A DNA stretch of 64,000 nt from a virus (lineage: Duplodnaviria; Caudoviricetes). Position numbers and translations under genes: made by a program. The stretch is from positions 36,063-100,062 of IMG/VR virus record IMGVR_UViG_2786546882_000003. One strand, written 5' to 3'. Shown in pieces: positions 1 through 8,437 of this stretch; the first letter of the stretch is position 1; each line of letters opens with the position of its first letter. The notes beneath the pieces are model-generated. The model saw only the letters and a list, made by a program, of their open reading frames with translations, did no database searches and was not told the DNA's origin.

Positions 1-180
1 GGTTTGAAAACGCGCACCGATGCCTGCTATAGCATAGGCTGCATGTGCGATATGCAGCCGAACTATGCCCCCGTGAACGCTTGGAACCTCGGCTACGCGG
101 AAGTTGAGATCGGCGAGAAGGGCACTTGGAACGTACAGCTGAAGATTGTCGACCGTGGGCAAGTCTATTCGGTGTGTTGA
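1..180 (+). CDS. C-terminal fragment of a calcineurin-like metallophosphoesterase (5' end outside window)
   Basis: Frame 1 reads ...SIGCMCDMQPNYAPVNAWNLGYAEVEIGEKGTWNVQLKIVDRGQVYSVC*, a GCxC..W..G pattern typical of phage metallophosphoesterase C-termini; TGA overlaps the next ATG. Confidence 0.55.
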   Translation, partial: GLKTRTDACYSIGCMCDMQPNYAPVNAWNLGYAEVEIGEKGTWNVQLKIVDRGQVYSVC

Positions 181-482
181 TGTTCCTGCTAATCAACGGA
201 AAGCGGTATCAACTCAAGTTAGTACGACGCATTGTCAACAATGACAACGAGGCGGACGGAGAGTGTGACGCCCCACACGTCAAAGGTAAACAGATTCGAA
301 TTCGGTCGGATCTAACCGGTCGGCGTCTTCTTGATGTGCTGATTCACGAGTTCTTGCACGGCGCGTTTTGGCACCTCAGCGAAGAGTCTGTCGAGCAAAC
401 TGCTTCAGAAATGGCGGCCTTTCTGTGGCGGCTTGGGTATCGCCTTCCACCGGACTGGAAGCAACGCAACAAGCTAGGTTAG
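180..482 (+). CDS. small HExxH zincin-like phage protein
   Basis: LLDVLIHEFLHG motif followed by EESVEQ; ATG at 180 coupled to upstream TGA. Confidence 0.65.
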   Translation: MFLLINGKRYQLKLVRRIVNNDNEADGECDAPHVKGKQIRIRSDLTGRRLLDVLIHEFLHGAFWHLSEESVEQTASEMAAFLWRLGYRLPPDWKQRNKLG

Positions 483-567
483 CTTGCCTTTGCGTATTGA
501 CCGCTGCTTGTCGTCCGGTATACTGAGATAGTCGCAAGTAAGTTTTCTTTCGCTATCAGAGTAGATA

Positions 568-1014
568 ATGGCCATTGGAATCATGCCGGAAGGCAACATC
601 GCGTACTGCGCGGAACACAACCTGCAGACAACACAGAAGCTTTGGTGTTTTTGCGTCGAAGACGGAGAAGAGCCAAACCCAGAGTGCAGCGAATGTGGCG
701 GTGCTGGCTACACACCGATCGTTAAGCGACCCTACGAGGTCTACATCAACGAGGACAATTTCAGACTGATTTGGAATGACCTCGGTGTTGAACTCGGCGA
801 CGGCATGTTCGGGTTGATCCATCCCGTGATGCTCCGGAGGCGACTGAACAACCCCGAGCTATCCGTAAGGCAACAAGCCGTAAATACGCAACCCGGGGAT
901 GCACCTACGATCTTCGGCGGTATTACCCTGAGTCAAGCCGTCGGGTATTATACGAGGCTTCGGGACATCTGCGACGAGGCAGAGAAACGCGAAGTACATG
1001 TTGTCTGGGGTTAG
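568..1014 (+). CDS. hypothetical protein with CxC/CxxCGGxG zinc-binding motif
   Basis: WCFC...PECSECGGAG in a 148-aa ORF. Confidence 0.6.
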   Translation: MAIGIMPEGNIAYCAEHNLQTTQKLWCFCVEDGEEPNPECSECGGAGYTPIVKRPYEVYINEDNFRLIWNDLGVELGDGMFGLIHPVMLRRRLNNPELSVRQQAVNTQPGDAPTIFGGITLSQAVGYYTRLRDICDEAEKREVHVVWG

Positions 1015-1019
1015 GCAAT

Positions 1020-1508
1020 ATGGACGATTCACAAACAGTTACGAGGGAACTTGTGGGTAAACAAGAATCGGCCGCTCAGGAGGTCAGAGCCAAGCCGTTT
1101 TCTGACATATTCAGAGAATCGCTCGAAGAGCAGTTCGCTTCTCTCTCCGAGGCCTCGGAGAAAACCGGCGTGTCTCTTTCCGTACTTACCCGCTACAAGA
1201 ATGGGACTCGGTCGTTGCGGCTTGATACGGTCGAGAAAGTTTGGCCACACCTTGGCATTCGGCTCGAACCACCGTCATTCGCAGAGACGGTGCGTACGCA
1301 AGGTCTACAGAAAGCGGTGATCGAAATGGTGCAGTCTCTTGCACTCCCGGACTTGGAGCTAGCGCGTCGATGCGGCCTTAATCAACCGACCTTATGGCGA
1401 TTCCTGCATGGCAAGAACGTCATTAAGCTCGAGGCAATGAGCAAGTTGTGGGCGGTGCTTCCGATCCGCGCGTATCGCGGCAAACGTCGCATCGATCTTA
1501 TTCAATAG
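1020..1508 (+). CDS. tandem XRE-type helix-turn-helix regulator
   Basis: Two HTH repeats: SLSEASEKTGVSLSVLTRYKNG and DLELARRCGLNQPTLWRFLHG. Confidence 0.8.
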   Translation: MDDSQTVTRELVGKQESAAQEVRAKPFSDIFRESLEEQFASLSEASEKTGVSLSVLTRYKNGTRSLRLDTVEKVWPHLGIRLEPPSFAETVRTQGLQKAVIEMVQSLALPDLELARRCGLNQPTLWRFLHGKNVIKLEAMSKLWAVLPIRAYRGKRRIDLIQ

Positions 1509-1599
1509 CGTCATTTGCCGCCATTTGTGCATTTTTGCTATGCTGGGCATCAGGGGTATTTCTACCTTGATGCCCTTTTTGTTTAGGAGAAACGCACAA

Positions 1600-1803
1600 A
1601 TGGCAAATACGTTGCGGAACGTTCAGTTTCCGAATCCATCAGGAAGCACGCAGGGGCAGATGCAGGTGTTCGGTGTCGCCACCGGTGCATCACAGCGCGC
1701 TAACCGGACTTCCAGCACTCAGCGTGAGTCTGCCTACCGCGCCCGGAAGGCAAATGCCCGGACTGCGGCTGCAGCGTCTGGCACCATCGACGTCACGCGG
1801 TAA
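1600..1803 (+). CDS. small basic protein preceding the PAPS reductase gene
   Basis: AGGAGA RBS upstream of ATG 1600; 67 aa, Arg/Ala/Ser-rich. Confidence 0.6.
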   Translation: MANTLRNVQFPNPSGSTQGQMQVFGVATGASQRANRTSSTQRESAYRARKANARTAAAASGTIDVTR

Positions 1804-1810
1804 TTGATAG

Positions 1811-2584
1811 ATGCCGCGTCGGCCAACACGCGCTAACAAGCTGCTTAAGCACAGCCCGCTCGAGGTGATCGAGCGGGCTAAATCGCATGGGGTCGAGGAA
1901 GTAATCGTCAGCTTTTCCGGCGGCAAAGATGCGATTGTTACGTTGGATCTCTGCGTTCAACACTTCAAGCGGGTCGAGGCATTCTTTCAATACGTCGTGC
2001 CAGGCTTGAGCTACGAAGAGGAGCCGCTGATCTGGGCAGAACGCACGTACGGCATCAAGATCTTCCGTACGCCTCACTGGGTGCTCAGCCGACTATTCCG
2101 CGAGTCGACTTTCAGGCACCCGACGCAAAGATCACGAGAGATGCCACTCGTGAAGGCTAGGCACGTTGAGAACAACGTACGTAGGCATTTCGGAATCCGA
2201 TGGATCGCAAGCGGGGAGAAAACTTGCGACAGCCCGCAACGAAATGGCTACATCAGGCACAGCAAAGGGGTCGAAGAGAACCGACTTCGGTTCTATCCGG
2301 TCGGATACTGGTCCGACACAGCCGTGCTCAGTTACATGAGTCTTAACAGACTCCCGACCCCCGTGCAGTATCGGATACTCTCTGGAGACAAGCAATTCGG
2401 TGGCTTTGGTATGGATTCGATGGCGGCCGTTTACGAGAAGTTCCCTGAAGACTTTGCGAAGATCCGTAAAGTCTTTCCATTGATCGAGGCTCAAGTTGTC
2501 AGACACCGTCTCAAGCAAAAAGCGAAGTCAGTTTCAGAAGTACCAGACGCAGACCATTCATCGGTCGCAGTTGAAAGAGGCTGA
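1811..2584 (+). CDS. PAPS-reductase-family PP-loop protein
   Basis: VIVSFSGGKDA PP-loop, SGEKTCDS..R, FYPVGYWSD. Confidence 0.85.
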   Translation: MPRRPTRANKLLKHSPLEVIERAKSHGVEEVIVSFSGGKDAIVTLDLCVQHFKRVEAFFQYVVPGLSYEEEPLIWAERTYGIKIFRTPHWVLSRLFRESTFRHPTQRSREMPLVKARHVENNVRRHFGIRWIASGEKTCDSPQRNGYIRHSKGVEENRLRFYPVGYWSDTAVLSYMSLNRLPTPVQYRILSGDKQFGGFGMDSMAAVYEKFPEDFAKIRKVFPLIEAQVVRHRLKQKAKSVSEVPDADHSSVAVERG

Positions 2585-3350
2585 TTACAACCCGCGAAAG
2601 ATCAACAAGGTCCAGGCCAAACGGCTCAGAGACGGGATCAAGATGCACGGGTTGGTTGGCGGGATTATCTGGAACAAGCGGACTGGAAACATCGTTTCCG
2701 GCCATCAACGGCTTTCACAGCTCGACGAGCTAGAAGGGACGCAGGACTACTCGCTCGATGTCGACGTGATCGACGTGAACGAGAAGCGAGAGCGGGCAAT
2801 CAACGTTCTGCTCAACAACCACACGGCTCAAGGTGAGTTTGACGGCGACAAGCTGGCGGAGGTCATTGAGTATTTGCGCGAAGAGCAAATCAGCGTTGAG
2901 CAGACTGGCTTCAATATGGCCGATTTGCAGGTCATGCTCGGGGATGATTTCCTGACCGGCGAGATGGGCGAGCAACGAGATGTCGAGGCTGATGCGATCG
3001 CCGCGTTGACAAAGGTGCGCGGCGACAGCAAGGAGAACGAGAGCGAGTTCTTCGGCAACGAAAAAGAGTCGATCAGCACTACGGTCCCAACGCCGCCGGT
3101 AGAGAAGGACGAGACCGGAGCGCCAATAGGCGAACCAAAGTCCAACTACAAGGACGAGCTGAAGCAACGCAAGGGTGATCTGCTGGCGGAGAACGCCGAA
3201 GAGGAAGACGCAGATTTTGCGGTCACCCTCGTGTTCGACAACAACAAGATGTTAGTCAAGTTCTTGTCGCACATCGGTCTGGACGTTGAGAAACGGTATT
3301 TCGACCGGTTTGAAGTCGAGACGGCTCTCGGTATTGATCTCACCGACTAG
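2496..3350 (+). CDS. ParB/Srx N-terminal-domain protein
   Basis: ADYNPRKI, GLVGGIIWNKRTGNIVSGHQRL, NVLLNN..QGEFD. Confidence 0.85.
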   Translation: MSDTVSSKKRSQFQKYQTQTIHRSQLKEADYNPRKINKVQAKRLRDGIKMHGLVGGIIWNKRTGNIVSGHQRLSQLDELEGTQDYSLDVDVIDVNEKRERAINVLLNNHTAQGEFDGDKLAEVIEYLREEQISVEQTGFNMADLQVMLGDDFLTGEMGEQRDVEADAIAALTKVRGDSKENESEFFGNEKESISTTVPTPPVEKDETGAPIGEPKSNYKDELKQRKGDLLAENAEEEDADFAVTLVFDNNKMLVKFLSHIGLDVEKRYFDRFEVETALGIDLTD

Positions 3351-3358
3351 GTGGTGTT

Positions 3359-4156
3359 TTGGAAACGCAACTTCTAGACAAGATGGGGAACGAGATAAAG
3401 GTTCCCCCGCGATTCAGCGGAGACGCCAAGAGGTTTGCCGCTCTTGTCTCTTCGCTGGAGCCACATCACTGCGCTTTCCCTACCGGATATCCGCTTCACC
3501 CCGACTCTGGCGAGCCGTGCCGATGCAAGAAGACGTCGGAAGGTGTCTGCAGGCTTCATAGCGAGAACCTTTTACCGCGCGTCATTAACGACGCACCGAG
3601 CGGACGGATTCGTGATGGCCTGATCTCCGCGTTCAAGGACTCGCGGCTGACAGATACTCGTCCGAACATCGCGATCGAAGAGTTTCTGCTCAGCGAGCGG
3701 ATGAAAATGATCGAGAACGGCGAGTCGCGCCGTTTCATCGAATATGTCGAATCAGCCACATCTCGGCTTCGAGATTTGTTTGATGCCATGAAGGCGGCAA
3801 TCAGCGCGGGTGATCAAGAAGAGTTTGCGAATCTGATGAAGAAGCTCGATCGAGCGATCACCAGCATCAACAAAGTCGTCGACAACCGACACAAGCATCA
3901 CTCAGCACTTCGGGAGTTGAGCGATGCCAACGGGTCATCGATCCGGATGAAAGAGACGGCCAGTCGCATCGCGATTAACGAGCGGCAGGTAATCTCATTC
4001 GACACCGCCGTGATCACGATGCGGGAAATGGTCGATCTGTTTCACTTGGCCGTAAACTCCGTCGTGACCAGCAAACAGGAGCGAAACGAGGTCTATCAGA
4101 AACTGTCACACAGCATGTATTCGATCGCCGGTCGCCTAAAGCCGGAGACTCAATAG
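3359..4156 (+). CDS. probable terminase small subunit
   Basis: Directly upstream of and coupled to terL; N-terminal C..CRC..CRLH knuckle and helical body. Confidence 0.5.
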   Translation: METQLLDKMGNEIKVPPRFSGDAKRFAALVSSLEPHHCAFPTGYPLHPDSGEPCRCKKTSEGVCRLHSENLLPRVINDAPSGRIRDGLISAFKDSRLTDTRPNIAIEEFLLSERMKMIENGESRRFIEYVESATSRLRDLFDAMKAAISAGDQEEFANLMKKLDRAITSINKVVDNRHKHHSALRELSDANGSSIRMKETASRIAINERQVISFDTAVITMREMVDLFHLAVNSVVTSKQERNEVYQKLSHSMYSIAGRLKPETQ

Positions 4157-6192
4157 TGTTTCAGAATTTGATTGACGAGGCTCGTCAGGAAACGTCGCAG
4201 AACTTCCTGACCAAGAGCCTCGACAGTTTCTACAACATCGGCGAAGACGCGCGAGTCGAGCACGCTAGAAAACTGGCCGCAACGGGAAACCCATTTCCGT
4301 TGATTGCTCTGCAGTGGCCCGACGACTTGGTCATCAAAGACAAAAAGCTCGAGCAGTATTTCGAAGGAGAGGTCGGCAACCCAGACAATCCTTGCCTGCG
4401 GATCGACCCGTGGCAGCGGTTGGTGATTCGCGCGGCATTTGACGTTACTGTCGGTGAGATTGCGATGAAGGGCTGTACGGGGGCCGGAAAAGGCTTCACG
4501 TCGGCGATCGTCGCTAATCTCCTGTTTGACGTCTTCAATCCATGCCGGATCAATGTGACGTCCGAGACGTTCCGTCACGCCAGTGAGAACCTGTTCGGTG
4601 AAATCTCGGTGTGGCGCGACAAGATGTCCAACCCTGGGCCCGGCAATCTGGTCAGCTGCCAGCTCGGCGACACAAAACGTCACTACATCACCGTCCTAAA
4701 CCCGAGTCCGCACGGGAAAGGGGAGGCGTTTTCGGGTATGCACTCGGAAATGACCGTCTATTTCTTTGACGAGGCATCTGGCGTACCTGAGATCCACTAC
4801 ACGAACGCGTTGAAGAACGCGCGGAAGATCTTCGCGTTGTCAAACCCGCGTATTACCGAGGGTTGGTTCCGAGACTTGTACCGACCCTTGCGTGGGGAAG
4901 GCACAAAGGAGGAGAAGAACGATCGTGAAAACGCGACGAACTATTGTACTGGTCGGATCGGCCGCCGACTTTGCGTGACCATTCCCGGCGACGCGTGTGC
5001 CAATGTTCGATTCGGCCGGATCAAGAACCCGGTAGCTCCCCGCCGTGGAGTCGTGATCGAAGGGAAAGAGTACGGACCGGCAGAGCGGATCCCAGACGAA
5101 GACTTCGAGAAAGTCAAAGCCCTCGTGCCTCGGCAGATCGACTTGGAGCAATACCAGTCGATCATCGACACGTCAAAAGAGCCTTGGGAAGTCGAATGCT
5201 ACGCGCACGCAAGGTTCCCGACGGAAGACCCAGTGCGTCAGGTCATTCTCGGGTCCAATCTGGAGCGACACGTCGAAGAATACCGAAGACGGGCTGGACG
5301 CATTGCCGTAACATGCTTTGGCCTTGACGTGGCCCGGTCAAAGAGCGGTGACGAAACGATTCTGATGGCAGGCAGTGTTGATGGCGTGGCAAGAAAGCAT
5401 GCCTGGAAAGATGACGACAACATGCGTCATGTCAAGAAGATCTTGCGACTTTGTGAATCGGAGTACGGCATCGATCTTCGTGACGGAACCAACCCGATTT
5501 GCATCGACTACGCGGGGGGATACGGTGCGGGCGTAGGCGACCGGCTACAGGAACTTGGCTGTTGGGTGATCAAGTTCCAGCCGGCTGGTCGAGCGGTTGT
5601 CGAGACCGGCGGCATTTACGTCAACGCCCGCGCTGAGTGGTACATGTTGCTAGGCCGTCGTTTTGACCCAAATGACATCTGGCAAGAAAAACCCTGGCCT
5701 TTTCCGCCGGACGATGAACTGATCGAAGAGTTGACCAGTCCCGTCAAATTTCCGGCTCGAGGCGGAACCGCCTGGCAGATCGAGCCAAAGGATGACATCA
5801 AGAAACGCCTCGGTCGGTCTCCCGACTCGGCTGACGCTATGGTCTGTTTGTACCGAGCCGTGTTCGAGCTCTATGAGCTTGAGAACGTCATGCGACAACA
5901 CAATGAGTATGAAGTCATTGCGGAGGCAGCCACTTCCGATCCAATCGTGTTGGGGCAACATCTTGATAACCCTCGCATCCGCAGAGCAAACGATCCTGTG
6001 AAGACGCCGGAAGAGCAAGAGTATGAACGTGTCGACCCACCGGTCCGGATGACAGAGGGGATTGAGTCACGTCCGATTGAAGAGATCATCGACGATTTCG
6101 CTGACTTTGTCAGCGGATACGAAAGGGGATCGAATCAGCGGGTAAAGCCTCCGACGTTGGACTTCTTTGATAACGATGGGGACGACTGGTGA
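4156..6192 (+). CDS. terL: terminase large subunit
   Basis: Walker A KGCTGAGKG, Walker B YFFDEASG, SNPR coupling motif, nuclease FGLDVARSKSGDET and GRSPDSADA. Confidence 0.92.
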   Translation: MFQNLIDEARQETSQNFLTKSLDSFYNIGEDARVEHARKLAATGNPFPLIALQWPDDLVIKDKKLEQYFEGEVGNPDNPCLRIDPWQRLVIRAAFDVTVGEIAMKGCTGAGKGFTSAIVANLLFDVFNPCRINVTSETFRHASENLFGEISVWRDKMSNPGPGNLVSCQLGDTKRHYITVLNPSPHGKGEAFSGMHSEMTVYFFDEASGVPEIHYTNALKNARKIFALSNPRITEGWFRDLYRPLRGEGTKEEKNDRENATNYCTGRIGRRLCVTIPGDACANVRFGRIKNPVAPRRGVVIEGKEYGPAERIPDEDFEKVKALVPRQIDLEQYQSIIDTSKEPWEVECYAHARFPTEDPVRQVILGSNLERHVEEYRRRAGRIAVTCFGLDVARSKSGDETILMAGSVDGVARKHAWKDDDNMRHVKKILRLCESEYGIDLRDGTNPICIDYAGGYGAGVGDRLQELGCWVIKFQPAGRAVVETGGIYVNARAEWYMLLGRRFDPNDIWQEKPWPFPPDDELIEELTSPVKFPARGGTAWQIEPKDDIKKRLGRSPDSADAMVCLYRAVFELYELENVMRQHNEYEVIAEAATSDPIVLGQHLDNPRIRRANDPVKTPEEQEYERVDPPVRMTEGIESRPIEEIIDDFADFVSGYERGSNQRVKPPTLDFFDNDGDDW

Positions 6193-6557
6193 TATTTCGG
6201 CGGATTTTAGAACGAATTCGACAGCGGCGCAGGCAGCGACAAATCGCCAGAATGAAAAGGTGGAGGGATCAAGACTTCCAGTTCCTCCGGGGCGAATACG
6301 TCAAACTCAAATCGCAGTTCAAAGAGTCAGACAGGGTTCACGAGAGCGAGAAGGCTGTTCTGCGTGATCGTCTGGAGGCGACCGAGCAGCAGTCAGAGAA
6401 GACTTCCAGGGAGCTTGAGCTCGCGAAGATGGAGAATCAACTTCTCGTGAACGTCATCGAACGTGACCGCCGGAGAGTTGAAGCGGAAACTGCTGCAGCG
6501 ACCAGGAAAATCAGCGACGCGATGACGGGCCTTCTGCGTGACGACGGTGGTGATTAG
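6189..6557 (+). CDS. coiled-coil hypothetical protein
   Basis: GTGA overlap with terL; charged helical sequence. Confidence 0.6.
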   Translation: MIFRRILERIRQRRRQRQIARMKRWRDQDFQFLRGEYVKLKSQFKESDRVHESEKAVLRDRLEATEQQSEKTSRELELAKMENQLLVNVIERDRRRVEAETAAATRKISDAMTGLLRDDGGD

Positions 6558-6623
6558 CGCTTTTAGGAGCGGGTGGGCTTAAGCAGTATTCTGTAAAGTT
6601 GGCCCCAATCACACGGATAGAAA

Positions 6624-8075
6624 ATGTCGAGTATCACCCAACACTCTTTGTCGCGCGCTCGCCAACTAAGCGATGGGTATCTAGAAACCATCCATCGTAA
6701 ACGTGCTGATCGCTCGGGGTCTTCTGGCGGTGCTTACGAGCAAGTCAGCGGGATCGGTCTGTTTGGCCAGCGGTCGAATTTCTCCAATTCGCGGCAGTTC
6801 TATGACGCCTTTCGCGACACAGCGTTTACCGCGATCAGACCGGTCGCTACCCGCTTCGCCCAGCAGCCACTCCGTGTTGCCGTAACGCCACGCCGCTCGC
6901 AACGGACGAGTTTCAGCTCGATGGTGAAGTCGCTTCGCGGCGAAGGTTTCATCGGCAGCGGATTCGAGGGCCGGCAGAAGAGCTACCGGCGCGCCATGCC
7001 GGAGGCCATCAAGCAAATGCTGCCGCCTGACAGCATCGTTCTGGATGAGCACATCGTGACGGAGGCCTTCCGGCGCCCGAACATCTGGCACAGCGACTAC
7101 AGCACTTTGTACAGCGTCGCCGCATCGATGCTGTGTTGTGGTTCGGCTTTGATTACCTGGGACGAGGAAAACCTCTCGGCCGGCGAGAGCGGAGAAGAGT
7201 CCCCCTCCGTGTATTACATTCCAATGCACTGGGTGGAGCCCAAGGAGAACGTTCTCCAAGGCTGGACGATTACTCCGCCGCACACAGGCGAATCGTTTGA
7301 TGTCGAGCCTGGCGAATACGTTTACTTCCAGATGCCTGACCCCGGGGATCCATTCAACACCGTTTCGCCGATGCGAGCAGCTGCCCGCGCAATTAACACA
7401 GCGGACAAGATCCACGACGCCAACTACAACGGCCTCCAGAACCTAATCAATCCGAGCTACGCGATCGTCGCCGGCAAGATCGAGCAGCCTACCGGTGGCC
7501 AGGCCAGGCGGCCGGAACTTCGCGGCGAACAGCGCCGGAAGCTGACCGAGTTGATTAAACGGTATGCCGCCGGTGTCTTGCGGAACGGTGATCCGATCAT
7601 CCTCGATGGAATCATCGAAGACGTCAAACCACTCGGTACGGTGCAGCGCGACGTCGACTATTCCGGCGGCAATGCGATGACCGAGCGGAAGATCATGCAG
7701 GCCTTCGGTGTCAGCCCCGTGGTCGCCGGCTACGCAGAGAACGCGAACCGGGCGGGATCAAATGTTGCGCACGAAGTGTTCTACGACGTCGTTCTAAACC
7801 CACTGCTATTGCAAGCAGGCCGATCTCTCACGCATACGCTTGGTCCGAAATACTCTACGGATCAGTATCGTGTGACCGTCTACATGGAGTCAGCACAGGT
7901 TAACGACCCTGACTCAAAGCTTCGTCGCGTGGCGTTGTTCAAAGACCGATTGAGTGACCAGGAGGCTCGCCGCTTCATGCGGACAGGTGAGCTCGACATC
8001 GAGGATGAGGATAAGACATTTGAGCAAGAAAGGCAGCAACGCCAGCGCGAACAGAACAATCCAGTGGGAAGGTAA
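6624..8075 (+). CDS. portal protein, HK97 family
   Basis: Position after terL; PDPGDPFNTVSPMRAA, IMQAFGVSPVVAG..NANRA, FYDVVLNP. Confidence 0.88.
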   Translation: MSSITQHSLSRARQLSDGYLETIHRKRADRSGSSGGAYEQVSGIGLFGQRSNFSNSRQFYDAFRDTAFTAIRPVATRFAQQPLRVAVTPRRSQRTSFSSMVKSLRGEGFIGSGFEGRQKSYRRAMPEAIKQMLPPDSIVLDEHIVTEAFRRPNIWHSDYSTLYSVAASMLCCGSALITWDEENLSAGESGEESPSVYYIPMHWVEPKENVLQGWTITPPHTGESFDVEPGEYVYFQMPDPGDPFNTVSPMRAAARAINTADKIHDANYNGLQNLINPSYAIVAGKIEQPTGGQARRPELRGEQRRKLTELIKRYAAGVLRNGDPIILDGIIEDVKPLGTVQRDVDYSGGNAMTERKIMQAFGVSPVVAGYAENANRAGSNVAHEVFYDVVLNPLLLQAGRSLTHTLGPKYSTDQYRVTVYMESAQVNDPDSKLRRVALFKDRLSDQEARRFMRTGELDIEDEDKTFEQERQQRQREQNNPVGR

Positions 8076-8307
8076 TCCCGGCGATCAGTTCTATGAATCC
8101 GGTGTGTTTGTCGGCACGCCTGAAGGCGACCTGAACGAGAGGCGGCAATTGGCTCAGGCCTTACATGGTTTGTATGCCGCGATCACAGAAAACCTTGGCA
8201 AAACCGGCAAATACGCGGAGATCGGATTTGCCGTCCAGATCGTTGACGGCAAGCTCAAGATCTGCGAGGCGTCAACAAAAAGGACATTCAAGCCAGCAAA
8301 AGAATAG
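8020..8307 (+). CDS. small protein with DUF2292/YezD-like C-terminus (start uncertain)
   Basis: TGKYAEIGFAVQIVDGKLKICEASTKRTFK resembles the YG.v.i.i.DG.i..ie..k pattern from memory; lies just upstream of a conserved leader. Confidence 0.45.
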   Translation: MSKKGSNASANRTIQWEGNPGDQFYESGVFVGTPEGDLNERRQLAQALHGLYAAITENLGKTGKYAEIGFAVQIVDGKLKICEASTKRTFKPAKE

Positions 8308-8425
8308 CGCTTTTTGACTTAAGCGTATGACTTTTGCAAATATCAGATTTGATGCGAATCGCATTTGATCCGAGGTTAGCACAAGCAACCCGGTAGCTGC
8401 ACCAAGCGGCTGCCGGGTTTTTTCG
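8305..8425 (+). promoter_or_regulatory. late leader copy 1: TAGCGCTTTTTGAC box, 22-nt conserved element and intrinsic terminator
   Basis: CGAGGTTAGCACAAGCAACCCG at 8371-8392 is identical to 21391-21412; stem 8387-8400/8406-8419 followed by a T tract. Confidence 0.8.
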
Positions 8426-8437
8426 TTGGGACATGCT

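Noticed and set aside
1811-2584. cysH sulfate-assimilation auxiliary gene
   Set aside because: It lacks the C-terminal ECG(L/I)H motif, and the ParB/terminase context points elsewhere.
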